From positions 384,776-448,775 of the forward strand of contig CP179889.1 of the NCBI GenBank assembly GCA_047456315.1: a DNA stretch of 64,000 bases, in the 5' to 3' direction. This document shows, in pieces, positions 9,314 through 18,646 of the stretch. The notes below the pieces were generated by a model. That model was given only the letters and a program-made list of their open reading frames with translations. It ran no database searches and was not told where the DNA came from. The number at the start of each line of letters is the position of its first letter. The first letter of the stretch is position 1. The stretch is from Candidatus Nealsonbacteria bacterium. Lineage in GTDB: Bacteria > Patescibacteriota > Minisyncoccia > Minisyncoccales > JANBVM01. The position numbers and the translations under genes are program-made.

Positions 9314-9481
9314 ATGAAAAGAGAATTTACAGCAGTTTATAAAAAAAGTGGAAAATGGTATTTAGGATGGGTGGAAGAAATTCCAGGCGTAAATACTCAA
9401 GGAAAAACTCTTAAAGAAACAAAAGAAAACCTTAAAGAGGCGCTTTTATTAATTTTAGAAACCAACCGTTTCATTAATTAA
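9314..9481 (+). CDS. HicB-like antitoxin (UPF0150) small protein
   Basis: 55 aa, FTAVYKKSGKWYLGWVEEIPGVNTQGKTLKETKENLKEAL pattern typical of the HicB N-terminal domain. Confidence 0.55.
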   Translation: MKREFTAVYKKSGKWYLGWVEEIPGVNTQGKTLKETKENLKEALLLILETNRFIN

Positions 9482-9489
9482 AAAACAAT

Positions 9490-9777
9490 ATGCGGAAAAC
9501 TAATTTACAATTTAAACTTTCAGTTTCTATGTTGCGGGAAGGCAAAAGATTTATTGCCTACACACCAACTCTTGATTTATCCACCTCTGGTAAAAGTTAT
9601 AAAGAAGCGAAAAAGCGATTTATAGAAATCGTTAATATTTTCTTTGAAGAGCTTGTTAAAAAAGGCACACTAAAAGAAGTTTTACAAGACTTAGGATGGA
9701 AAAAAAGTCAAAAAGAGTGGGTTCCGCCAATACTTATTTCTCAAGAGTCTGAAACCGTTCAGATTTCAATGAAATAA
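9490..9777 (+). CDS. HicB-like antitoxin family protein
   Basis: FIAYTPTLDLSTSGKSYKEAKKRFIEIV resembles the UPF0150/HicB fold. Directly precedes the hicA remnant. Confidence 0.5.
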   Translation: MRKTNLQFKLSVSMLREGKRFIAYTPTLDLSTSGKSYKEAKKRFIEIVNIFFEELVKKGTLKEVLQDLGWKKSQKEWVPPILISQESETVQISMK

Positions 9778-9778
9778 T

Positions 9779-10009
9779 ATGTCTCGTTTATCTCCCATTC
9801 ATTATAAAAAGTTTGAGAAATTTCTTTTATTTGTAGGTTGTTATTTCAAAAGAGAAAAAGGAGATCATTGAATATATTGGCGAGAAGATTTAAAAAGGCC
9901 GGTAGTTATTCCTCGTGACAAAGAGCTACCGATTTTTATTATCCGAAACAACTTAAGAGTTCTTGGTATTAGTCCTAAACAATATTTAGAGATTTTGAAA
10001 AGAATATGA
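9779..10009 (+). pseudogene. hicA-like toxin gene with in-frame TGA
   Basis: YcfA/HicA pattern KGDH*IYWRED..VVIPRDKELPIFIIRNNLRVLGISPKQYLEIL. In-frame TGA at 9869-9871 falls at the conserved GSH-H-x position. Confidence 0.6.
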
Positions 10010-10689
10010 TTACCTTAGCTGAAGTTAAAAAAAATCCATACATTTTAGAGTTTATTAAGCAAACTGAATTAGTTTTAAAAAAATCAGGATATACTGAGCA
10101 TGGCTTAGAACATTCAAGCTTGGTGGCTGATAGGGCAAGAACTATTGCCAAGGAAATTGGGCTTTCAGATCAAGAGCAGAAATTATCAGCCATTGCTGGG
10201 TTCTGTCATGATATGGGTAATTTCTTAAGCAGGAGTCATCACAATTATCTTGGTCCTATGCTTTTTTATCAGGTTTTCAGAGATGATTTCTTGCCAGAAG
10301 AAATTTCTTTGATTATGCAGGCAATTACTTTTCATGATAAAGAAGATATTTTGCCCCAACATGAAGATATCGAACTTCCAAGCTCTGTCTCAGCTGTTGT
10401 TATTTTAGCTGACAAATCAGATGTTCGTCGCTCAAGAGTAAATTCTAATAATGTTAATGACATTAAAAAAGACATTCATGATAGGGTAAATTATGCTACT
10501 GAATTTTCAAAACTTGGAATTAATAAAAAAAGAAAGAATATTAGTTTAACTTTAAAAATTGACACTAATTTTGTTCCTGTGATGGAATACTTTGAGATTT
10601 TTACTGATAGAATGATTTATTGCCGTAAAGCTGCAAAACATTTAGGTTATAAGTTTGGGTTGGTGATTAATAATTTTAAATTGCTTTAA
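10006..10689 (+). CDS. HD-domain phosphohydrolase
   Basis: GLEHS...GFCHDMGN (H...HD metal motif). 227 aa. Confidence 0.75.
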   Translation: MITLAEVKKNPYILEFIKQTELVLKKSGYTEHGLEHSSLVADRARTIAKEIGLSDQEQKLSAIAGFCHDMGNFLSRSHHNYLGPMLFYQVFRDDFLPEEISLIMQAITFHDKEDILPQHEDIELPSSVSAVVILADKSDVRRSRVNSNNVNDIKKDIHDRVNYATEFSKLGINKKRKNISLTLKIDTNFVPVMEYFEIFTDRMIYCRKAAKHLGYKFGLVINNFKLL

Positions 10690-10804
10690 GGTTAGCAGAA
10701 AGACATACTATTCCTAGCTTAAAAATTAGAAATTTTTTTAATATTTATGCTTGAAATTTTATAAAAATAAGGTAATCTTACAGATATGAATATAATTTAT
10801 AACT

Positions 10805-10954
10805 ATGCCATATAAAAGATTTAGAAAAACTTTATACGTGAAAAAAAGAGGAAAGTGGACTAAGAAAAAGACCTACCCCAGTGCTAATACAGCCAGAACA
10901 GCAATGACTCGTCTTAGGGCGTTGGAATCTGGTGGGAAGAAATCTCGTAGATAA
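10805..10954 (+). CDS. small basic protein (49 aa)
   Basis: ATG 10805, TAA 10952-10954. K/R-rich with no recognised family. Confidence 0.3.
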   Translation: MPYKRFRKTLYVKKRGKWTKKKTYPSANTARTAMTRLRALESGGKKSRR

Positions 10955-11139
10955 TAAAATACATATTCAAGTTTAAAGACCACTATAGAAGGCGGTTTTA
11001 AAGTAATATATGAAGTTTTCAAAAACCACGGTTTTCCATAATTGACAATTTGTTTTGTAAAAAATAAAATAAAAATAGATTAGTTTTTATCAAGGTTTTA
11101 TAGTAAATATAAAAGTAAAACATTAATAAAATTTAGAAC

Positions 11140-11364
11140 ATGGCTCTTCATCACATTCCAGTAAATAAACAAAAAAAATATCTTAAAATAAAAGAAGTGG
11201 CAGAACTATTAGGAATTACTACTTTAACCTTACGCAATTGGGATAAAGCAGGAAAACTAAAACCCTATCGCCACCCCATAAATAACTACAGAGTTTACAA
11301 ACCAGAGGATATTGAACTTTTCTTGCGCAAACTTGAATCTAGAAAAAAAATAATACTTGGATAA
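11140..11364 (+). CDS. MerR/excisionase-type HTH DNA-binding protein
   Basis: LKIKEVAELLGITTLTLRNWDKAGKLKPYRHPINNYRVYKPEDIE matches the excisionase-family HTH. Confidence 0.7.
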   Translation: MALHHIPVNKQKKYLKIKEVAELLGITTLTLRNWDKAGKLKPYRHPINNYRVYKPEDIELFLRKLESRKKIILG

Positions 11365-11490
11365 AAAACCAGGGCTGACTAAAAAAGAAGAAGAAATACG
11401 CGACAAGCTTCAAGAAGCGCTGGATATTTCCAAAGAATTCATTGACAAAGAAATTGAAGACGTTGAAAAAGAATTGGAGTAAATTATTAA

Positions 11491-12051
11491 CTATTCAATC
11501 CTTCTTACGTACTCTTTGCTTTCAGTGTTAATTTCAATTATATCCCCTGTTTTAATAAAAGAGGGGACAGTGATATTAGTTCCAGTTTCCAAAATTACGC
11601 TTTTATTTCCAGCTTGAGATTCTCCTTTTACGCTTGGAGGAGCTTGTTTAACTCTCAATCTAATTTTTACAGGCAGAGATATATTAATTACTTTATTATT
11701 GAAAACTAAGGCCTCTATAAACTGATTTTGTGTTAGAAAATCTGCTTTTTCACTAATTTGCTCGCCAGTCAGCTCAAACCTCTTAGAAGGGTTATTTTTT
11801 TCAGCAAAAACAAACTTGTCTTTGTGAGAGTATAAGAATTTAACTTCTGATTTTGAAATATCAGGCTTTTCAAAATTATCAGACGGATGAAAAGTACGGG
11901 AAATTACATTTCCTGTTTTTAAGTTCCTCAGCTTAGCCTGAAGCACTGAACTGCCCCTTGCTTTAACAGTGGACTTGGCCTCAATTATTTCATAAGGCTC
12001 TTTATCTATAATTATTCTTGATTTTCTTTTTAATTCCGAATAACTTAACAT
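11491..12051 (-). CDS. efp: elongation factor P
   Basis: 186 aa. EF-P pattern ...VKARGSSVLQAKLRNLKTGN... with three OB-like segments. Confidence 0.9.
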   Translation of the reverse strand: MLSYSELKRKSRIIIDKEPYEIIEAKSTVKARGSSVLQAKLRNLKTGNVISRTFHPSDNFEKPDISKSEVKFLYSHKDKFVFAEKNNPSKRFELTGEQISEKADFLTQNQFIEALVFNNKVINISLPVKIRLRVKQAPPSVKGESQAGNKSVILETGTNITVPSFIKTGDIIEINTESKEYVRRIE

Positions 12052-12071
12052 GGTTTCTATAATTGAAATTA

Positions 12072-12740
12072 TTATTTAACAATACGCCACTCAATCTTTG
12101 ATTCTTTATCAGCAAATTCAAGCCAATTGCCGTTTTCATCAATAACATACCACTTTCTTTTTGTTTCCGACCAGACCATTGGATCGTTTCTATAATATGG
12201 TTTTTTAACAATTTCTTTTGGTTTTAATCTGTCCAGTTCCAGCCATTTTTTAAAAACTGTTTCAATTGCATAATCTAAGTTTCTGGATCTTGCCCATCCA
12301 GCCACTTTAGAAATGGCAGCTTTAGCTTTTTTCACAGAACCTGCTAATAATAGAAGTTGTTTAGCCGGCTTAGTGAAGCGGGAGTAAACTATTTTTCTTT
12401 TTTTAGCGTTTTTTTTAAGTTCTGCTAAGCTCAATCCCTTGGTTTTAAAATAATGAGTAATAATTTGTCGAATAGCTGATTTTTCCTTTAGCTCTTCATA
12501 ATATTTAATTTTTTCATTTTTTAAATATTCTTCGATTTTCTTGGCAATGCTTTCCCCAATACCCGGAATCTTTTTAATCCCTTTAACTCCTTCTTTCTTA
12601 TAAATTTGGGCAATATTTTCTTTCAGGTCTTCTAAAGCCTTGGCAGCCTTTCGATAAGCTTTAGGTTTATAAGCTACTCCCTGAATATCTAATAATTCTC
12701 CTATCTCGTATAATATTTGAGCTACTTTTTTATTAATCAT
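12072..12740 (-). CDS. helix-hairpin-helix protein (PolX N-terminal-like)
   Basis: N-terminus resembles the PolX/Pol-beta 8-kDa + HhH region (AYKPKAYRKAA...IPGIGESIAKKIEEYL). C-terminal half is unassigned. Confidence 0.55.
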   Translation of the reverse strand: MINKKVAQILYEIGELLDIQGVAYKPKAYRKAAKALEDLKENIAQIYKKEGVKGIKKIPGIGESIAKKIEEYLKNEKIKYYEELKEKSAIRQIITHYFKTKGLSLAELKKNAKKRKIVYSRFTKPAKQLLLLAGSVKKAKAAISKVAGWARSRNLDYAIETVFKKWLELDRLKPKEIVKKPYYRNDPMVWSETKRKWYVIDENGNWLEFADKESKIEWRIVK

Positions 12741-13039
12741 TTTAATTTTTTCAAAATTTCTTCGTAAAATCCTTTAGCTCGTTTCAATTCTTCTTTCCCT
12801 TTTTTTGTAATTTGATACATTCTTCTTCTTTTTTTCATTTTGCTTTTTACAAAGCCGTTTTTCTCCAATCTGTAAAGCACGCGATAAGGGGTAATTCTTC
12901 CGGGCTTAAATTTAAACTTTTTTTCAATTAAATCTAAAATTTCCCAAGCATAAATACTCTTTTTTTGAAGAAAGTAAAGAATGTAAATCCATAAATTTTT
13001 TTTAGTGTTTGATTTTTTTAGGCGTTCTAAGGGAAGCAT
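12737..13039 (-). CDS. PadR-family transcriptional regulator
   Basis: Winged-helix pattern YAWEILDLIE...PGRITPYRVLYRLEKNGFV...YQITKKGKEEL. Confidence 0.8.
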   Translation of the reverse strand: MLPLERLKKSNTKKNLWIYILYFLQKKSIYAWEILDLIEKKFKFKPGRITPYRVLYRLEKNGFVKSKMKKRRRMYQITKKGKEELKRAKGFYEEILKKLK

Positions 13040-13123
13040 AAAAGTTATTCACTTGACGTACTATTTTACAGCCGTAAAATAGTACGTAGTGATAAAATAA
13101 TTAAACAACAATAACTTAACATT

Positions 13124-14227
13124 ATGAAAAAAGATATAAGAATTGCAATAGCAGGGCTGGGTAATTGTGCTTCAGCTTTAATTCAAGGAATTTATTATTA
13201 TAAGGATGTTAAAAGTAGAGACGAGTTGATTCCAGGTCTTATGCATAATTTTGTAGGGAACTACAGGCCAAAAGACATTAAAATCGTAGCTGTTTTTGAA
13301 GTTGATAAAAGAAAGGTGGGTAAAGACGTTTCAAAAGCAATATTTGCTAAACCAAACTGTGTAAAGACCTTTTATACAAACATACCAAATTTAGGTGTAA
13401 AAGTAAAAATGGGTCCTGTTTTAGATGGGGTTTCTGAGCATTTTAAAGAATATCCTCAAGACAAAGCATTTGCTGTAAGCAAGGAAAAACCAGTTAATGT
13501 AGCTGATGAGCTTAAAAAGTCAGGAGCCCAAATTTTAGTAACTCTCCTGCCAGTTGGTTCAGAAAAAGCAATAAGATTTTACGTTGAAGAAGCTTTAAAG
13601 GCTAATTGCTCTCTTGTTAATTGTATTCCTGTTTTTATTGCTTCTGATAAAAAGTGGTCAGATAAATTTAAGAAAAAAGGATTGCCCCTAATAGGGGATG
13701 ATATAAAAAGCCAGATTGGCGCAACTATTGTTCACAGGGTTTTAGCTAATATTTTTTCAAATAGAGGCGTGCATATTTTAAAATCTTATCAGTTGAATGT
13801 TGGCGGAAACACTGATTTCATGAATTTAATAGAGCGTGATAGGGGAAAGTCAAAAAAGATTTCCAAAACAGAAAGTGTTCAGTCCCAGCTTTCAAAAAAA
13901 TTAAGCTATGATGACTTACACATTGCGCCTTCTGATTATGTTCCTTGGTTAAAAGATACTAAGATAGCCTTTATCAGGCTCGAGGGAAGGCAGTTCGGAG
14001 ATTTGCCTTTAGAGCTTGAAATGCGTTTGCAGGTTAATGATTCTCCAAATTCAGCTGGCTGTATTATTGACGCTGTTCGGTTGGCTAAAATGGCCTTGGA
14101 TAGAAAAATAGCTGGGCCTTTGATTTCAGCTTCAGCTTATTTCATGAAACATCCTCCAGAACAATTTGTTGATGAAAAAGCAAGAGAAATGGTTGAGGAA
14201 TTTATTGTGGGAAAAAGAGAAGTATAA
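13124..14227 (+). CDS. myo-inositol-1-phosphate synthase
   Basis: IAGLGNCASALIQG, GDDIKSQIGATIVHR, YQLNVGGNTDF blocks typical of archaeal/bacterial MIPS. Confidence 0.85.
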   Translation: MKKDIRIAIAGLGNCASALIQGIYYYKDVKSRDELIPGLMHNFVGNYRPKDIKIVAVFEVDKRKVGKDVSKAIFAKPNCVKTFYTNIPNLGVKVKMGPVLDGVSEHFKEYPQDKAFAVSKEKPVNVADELKKSGAQILVTLLPVGSEKAIRFYVEEALKANCSLVNCIPVFIASDKKWSDKFKKKGLPLIGDDIKSQIGATIVHRVLANIFSNRGVHILKSYQLNVGGNTDFMNLIERDRGKSKKISKTESVQSQLSKKLSYDDLHIAPSDYVPWLKDTKIAFIRLEGRQFGDLPLELEMRLQVNDSPNSAGCIIDAVRLAKMALDRKIAGPLISASAYFMKHPPEQFVDEKAREMVEEFIVGKREV

Positions 14228-14524
14228 TTATCTTAATAATTGTTTGATTCTTTCTGCTTCTTGTTCTACAACTTTCCCGTCATAATCAGCGCTGTGAGCC
14301 GGAGCGCCTTTGTAAACTGGCCTTCTTTGATCTAAATGTAAATTAAAAGATAACTCCTTTTCAGTTATTGTTAAATAAACATGGAATCTTGGATAACCGC
14401 CTCTTTCCAGGGGCCTTATAATATTTAATTCTTGTTTTTCTGTTTTACCTATATAAATGTAGCCGATTTTTCTGCTTAGAGTTGTAATATTGTCTCTTTT
14501 TGTGTTCTCAACAATGAATTTCAT
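14228..14524 (-). CDS. hypothetical protein
   Basis: 98-aa ORF. Start overlaps the mvaS stop by 4 nt; no motif recognised. Confidence 0.4.
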   Translation of the reverse strand: MKFIVENTKRDNITTLSRKIGYIYIGKTEKQELNIIRPLERGGYPRFHVYLTITEKELSFNLHLDQRRPVYKGAPAHSADYDGKVVEQEAERIKQLLR

Positions 14525-15693
14525 GTTAAATTCACTCCTCTTATTTTTTCCACAACACTATCTCGCCATTCTTGATACTGCTCGGAAGTCAATTCTTTAC
14601 CGTTTTTAATTTGATCAGTTAAATCACTTTGAAAACCAGTTTGAATTGATTGCCCCATTAAAGCTAAAGATCCTGAGCCTCCTCCGTAACCTATAATACA
14701 AATATTTTGATTGGCTTTAGCTTGCTCCAAAGTAGAGATTAATGAGATAAAGACAGAAACAGTGTAGCAGTTGCCAATGTAAGGATTATATTGAAGACCA
14801 GATTTTATTTTTTGTTCAAAAAATGCTTGAAAATCTAATGCTTTTCTTGTTCTGTTTAATATTTTTTTAAACTTGTTAAATGACTGGGGATTAGTCAAAC
14901 ATTCTTTTAGCAGTTCTAAGCCGCTTTTGTATTTTTCATAATACCAAAGAGCTGCTGAAGTCCAGACAATCATTTTAGTAAAGGGAGTATGCATAACAAT
15001 ATGGTCAGCTGTTTTTACAATTGAACCGCACTCTTGGTTTTTTCTTTTATAATCGTTAGTTGCATTAATTATGCATTCAATAAAAGCCGGTTTTGTTAAA
15101 GGGCCATTAACTTGCGGGAATGGAGCTGTATAAATTGGCACTCTGAAATCATTTATGTCTTTTGAATATTGTCCAAAGTTTTTAAAATCTAATGCTAATA
15201 GTTTTGGGTTTTGTTCTATTCTTATAGCTACCACACCAGATCCTTGAGTTACTTCTGCTTTTTTATCTTCATAAACTGAACGATCTGCTGCTATAACAAT
15301 AGCTGGTTTAGCGTGGGCTATAGCATATTCACAAGCTAATAATAGGGCTTGAACTCCTGAAAGACAGGCAAATTTTAACTGAAAAGGCACTACTGTAAGA
15401 TTAAGGTTTTTAATTGTTTTTATTCCTATTTCAGCTTTTGATATATCATAGTCTGACTCAGTGGCAATAAAAAATCTATCAACGCCTTGATAGTTTATTT
15501 TTTTTAATGCCTGAGTTATAAGCTGTTCTAGAGAGGTTTGATAGGGGATTCTGGCCTGAATTAGCCCTAATCCTCCGTTTACATATTCTATTGGAAGCTT
15601 GCTTTTTTTAGCTATTTTTTCCACACCAATAAACCACTCTGGAATTGAAACAGCTATTTCGCTTATTCCCACTTTTGGCACTAGTTGATTCAT
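14521..15693 (-). CDS. mvaS: hydroxymethylglutaryl-CoA synthase
   Basis: Aligns by eye with bacterial MvaS: ATESDYDISKAE, LKFACLSG (catalytic Cys), VIAADRSVY, TQGSGVVAI, DFRVP...VNGPLT. Confidence 0.8.
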   Translation of the reverse strand: MNQLVPKVGISEIAVSIPEWFIGVEKIAKKSKLPIEYVNGGLGLIQARIPYQTSLEQLITQALKKINYQGVDRFFIATESDYDISKAEIGIKTIKNLNLTVVPFQLKFACLSGVQALLLACEYAIAHAKPAIVIAADRSVYEDKKAEVTQGSGVVAIRIEQNPKLLALDFKNFGQYSKDINDFRVPIYTAPFPQVNGPLTKPAFIECIINATNDYKRKNQECGSIVKTADHIVMHTPFTKMIVWTSAALWYYEKYKSGLELLKECLTNPQSFNKFKKILNRTRKALDFQAFFEQKIKSGLQYNPYIGNCYTVSVFISLISTLEQAKANQNICIIGYGGGSGSLALMGQSIQTGFQSDLTDQIKNGKELTSEQYQEWRDSVVEKIRGVNLT

Positions 15694-15790
15694 TTGTATT
15701 AAAGCTTAGTAATATTATTCTACATTATTTAAAAGAAATCATCAATCTTTTGAGTATTTATTAAATTTTAGCTTGTGTTATAGTAGAATT

Positions 15791-16348
15791 ATGCGTCACA
15801 GACTTTTTATTGCTGTTAATTTACCTGAAAAGATTAAAAAAAAGCTAAATGATTTTCAGTTCAAATGGACAGAGCTACCAGCCAAATGGACAAAAAAACA
15901 AAATTTACATATAACCTTGGTTTTTTTAGGTTATATTAAAGATCCTGAAATCCCTGAAATATTAAGGATTACAGAAGAAGTGGGAAAGAAACACAATGCT
16001 TTTTTAATAAAGTTGAATAAGGTTTGCTATGGTCCTCCTAAGAAAACACCCAGAATGGTTTGGGCAATGGGAGAAGTCTCAAAAGAACTAGGAGAGTTAA
16101 AAAAGGACTTAGAAATATCGCTGTCTAATGCTTCATTGAAAAAAGAAGCCAGGCCGTATAGCCCCCATATAACTTTATCAAGAATCAGGCAGTGGCAATT
16201 TAGACAAATTGACGAGGAAGAAAGGCCAGTGATTGATAAATCTATTAATTTAGGTTTTGAGGTAAATTCTATTGAGATAATGGAAAGTCAATTAAAAAGA
16301 ACTGGGGCAGAGTATTCGATGCTTCAATCAATAGTGCTTAAAAAATAG
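15791..16348 (+). CDS. thpR: RNA 2',3'-cyclic phosphodiesterase (2H phosphoesterase)
   Basis: Two H-x-T/S-x motifs (HITLVFLG, HITLSR). ATG 15791 preferred over the upstream TTG. Confidence 0.8.
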   Translation: MRHRLFIAVNLPEKIKKKLNDFQFKWTELPAKWTKKQNLHITLVFLGYIKDPEIPEILRITEEVGKKHNAFLIKLNKVCYGPPKKTPRMVWAMGEVSKELGELKKDLEISLSNASLKKEARPYSPHITLSRIRQWQFRQIDEEERPVIDKSINLGFEVNSIEIMESQLKRTGAEYSMLQSIVLKK

Positions 16349-16350
16349 CC

Positions 16351-17652
16351 ATGAATATTCATTTTATTGGTATTGGTGGAATTGGAGTATCTGCTTTAGC
16401 TAAGTATTATCTTGAAAAAGGCCATAATATAACTGGTTCTGATTTGGTTAGAACAGAAATCACAGATTGGTTTGAAAAAAAAGGAGTAAAAGTTCTAATA
16501 GGAAAGAATAGGGCTGAAAATGTGGCTAATAATATTGATCTAGTGGTTTATAGCCCAGCTGTAGAAGAAGACAATCCAGAGCTTAAGTTTGCTAAAGATT
16601 CAGGAGTCAAAACTCAAAGCTATCCTCAGGCCCTAGGTGATTTAACAAAAAAACACTTTACCATAGCTATTACTGGCACTCATGGCAAAAGCACAACAAC
16701 TTCAATGACAGGTCTTTTGCTGATGAAAGCAGGGCTGGACCCAACAGTAATTGTTGGCACTAAACTTAAAGAATTTGAAGATTCAAGCTGTAGAGTGGGG
16801 AAGTCAAAATACTTAGTTATTGAGGCCTGTGAGCACTTTGAATCTTTTTTGAATTATTATCCCAATATAATTGTTTTAACAACAATTGAAGCAGAACATC
16901 TGGATTATTACAAGAATCTGGATGGAGTGCTTAAAGGATTCAAGAAGTTTGTTAATAATTTAGAAGATAATGGCGTTATTATTGCAAATAGAGATGATGA
17001 AAATACTAAGAAAATTATTGAAAATGCAACCTGGTATTCATTAAAAGACAAAGAAGCCGTTAGAATCAAAGAAATTTTACAAGTTCCAGGTGATTTTAAT
17101 ATTTCAAATGCTTTGGCAGCGTTGAATGTGGCCAGAGCTTTAAAAATTCCTGATGAAGTTTCGTTTAAAGTTTTGTCAGAGTATAAGGGTTCCTGGCGCA
17201 GGTTTGAAATAAGCGAGATAGCATTAAATGGGAAACAGATAACTCTAATCGATGATTATGGTCATCATCCAACTGAAATTAAAGTTACATTAAAAGCAGC
17301 ACGTGAGAGATTCCCTAAAAAACAAATCTGGTGTGTTTTCCAGCCTCATCAATATCAAAGAACTTATTATTTGCTTGATGATTTTATTGATGTGTTTAAA
17401 CAAGCTCCGGTAGATAAGTTGATTATTACTGATATTTATGATGTTGCGGGAAGGGAAGAAAAAGAAATCAGAGAAAAAATCAACTCTGAAAAGCTCGTTA
17501 ATTCTGTAAACAAAAACTCTATAGTTTATATACAAAAAGAAAAAATAATTGATTTTTTAAATCAGAATTTAAACGGGGGAGAGATAGTAATCATTATGGG
17601 AGCAGGGGATATATATGATGATGTGAGCTTGGAATTGAAAAAGCAGAAGTAA
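16351..17652 (+). CDS. murC: UDP-N-acetylmuramate--L-alanine ligase
   Basis: IHFIGIGGIGVSALA N-terminus, GTHGKSTTTSM P-loop, Mur ligase middle and C domains. Confidence 0.92.
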   Translation: MNIHFIGIGGIGVSALAKYYLEKGHNITGSDLVRTEITDWFEKKGVKVLIGKNRAENVANNIDLVVYSPAVEEDNPELKFAKDSGVKTQSYPQALGDLTKKHFTIAITGTHGKSTTTSMTGLLLMKAGLDPTVIVGTKLKEFEDSSCRVGKSKYLVIEACEHFESFLNYYPNIIVLTTIEAEHLDYYKNLDGVLKGFKKFVNNLEDNGVIIANRDDENTKKIIENATWYSLKDKEAVRIKEILQVPGDFNISNALAALNVARALKIPDEVSFKVLSEYKGSWRRFEISEIALNGKQITLIDDYGHHPTEIKVTLKAARERFPKKQIWCVFQPHQYQRTYYLLDDFIDVFKQAPVDKLIITDIYDVAGREEKEIREKINSEKLVNSVNKNSIVYIQKEKIIDFLNQNLNGGEIVIIMGAGDIYDDVSLELKKQK

Positions 17653-17699
17653 ATCGATAGAGTTACTGTTTTTTTAATTATTATTTAAAATTAAACACC

Positions 17700-17727
17700 T
17701 TGACAAAATTGAATTAATTTGTATAAT
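17700..17727 (+). promoter_or_regulatory. near-consensus sigma70 promoter
   Basis: TTGACA 17700-17705, 16 nt spacer, TATAAT 17722-17727. AGAGGA RBS before ATG 17768. Confidence 0.6.
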
Positions 17728-17767
17728 AGATATAGTTACTATACAATTATACAAGAGGAATGAAAAA

Positions 17768-18520
17768 ATGAAAATGAAATATTGGTTAATCAGATTATTT
17801 CTTAGATTATGGACAAGAAAAATTAAAATAGTTAATCGTGGTAAATCTCCGATTCAGCCCCAGAGTCACCAAAAGTATTATAGCTACTTTTCTTACGAGA
17901 GTATTTCCGAGAATATGCTCAAATCTCTTATTAGAGCTTATCAAAGTGTGTTTTCGGAACCACCTTGGGAAGAAACTTGGGAAGAGATTCTAGTAAAAGA
18001 GAAGATAGAAAATGAAATTACAGGAAAACCTGTTCTTACTATAATGGGCGGCAATTTTGAAAATCCTGTTACTGGATTTAGCTGGGGATCTCTAATCGAT
18101 ACTGATAGTGTTGCAGAGAGAATTAAATCAGGCTTATTAACGAAAGCTGAGTCAGTAGATGAGCAAAAAGTTCAAAGCATAGAGAATTTTTTAAAAAAGA
18201 GAAGTGATAAAATACTTTTCTATGATGAATTTGCTATTTTGTCTCAGTTTCGAGGCGGAGTGGACCAAATTCGGTTTCTTTTTAGGCCTGGCCTAGAAAT
18301 GGCATTTGAACACGGAGTAAAACAGACTATTTTCTGGAGCACCCCAGAATCTAAAATTGTTCCCCTAGCAATCTTTATGGGATTTAGACCTATTTCCACA
18401 ATTATGATCAGTGGAAAAAAAGTAATCTTCCTTTATAATTCTGATTTTAGGTCAGTATTAAAGATTGCGCAAAGCATGCCAGCTAAGAAAATAAAGAAAA
18501 TAATGTCTTTATTCTCTTAA
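17768..18520 (+). CDS. hypothetical protein, possibly GNAT-like acyltransferase fold
   Basis: 250 aa. Weak GNAT-like features (FAILSQFRGG, beta-alpha pattern). Monocistronic, with its own promoter and terminator. Confidence 0.4.
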   Translation: MKMKYWLIRLFLRLWTRKIKIVNRGKSPIQPQSHQKYYSYFSYESISENMLKSLIRAYQSVFSEPPWEETWEEILVKEKIENEITGKPVLTIMGGNFENPVTGFSWGSLIDTDSVAERIKSGLLTKAESVDEQKVQSIENFLKKRSDKILFYDEFAILSQFRGGVDQIRFLFRPGLEMAFEHGVKQTIFWSTPESKIVPLAIFMGFRPISTIMISGKKVIFLYNSDFRSVLKIAQSMPAKKIKKIMSLFS

Positions 18521-18545
18521 TATTCTTGATTGTCCATACAAAGAG

Positions 18546-18572
18546 TCGGAGATTTTCTCCGAACTTTTTTTT
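18546..18572 (+). terminator. intrinsic terminator
   Basis: TCGGAGA-TTT-TCTCCGA stem-loop followed by a T-run. Confidence 0.7.
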
Positions 18573-18646
18573 ATTGCTCTACTTATATCAATGTTATATA
18601 ATTAACAAAAGAGATTTTCTCGAAATAAGCTTATAAGTAAGATTAA

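Noticed and set aside
9869-9871. In-frame TGA in the hicA-like gene as evidence of an alternative genetic code (UGA sense).
   Set aside because: TGA ends well-conserved genes at their expected C-termini here, for example gltX at 34921-34923. All core ORFs are full length under code 11, so a nonsense mutation is the simpler reading.
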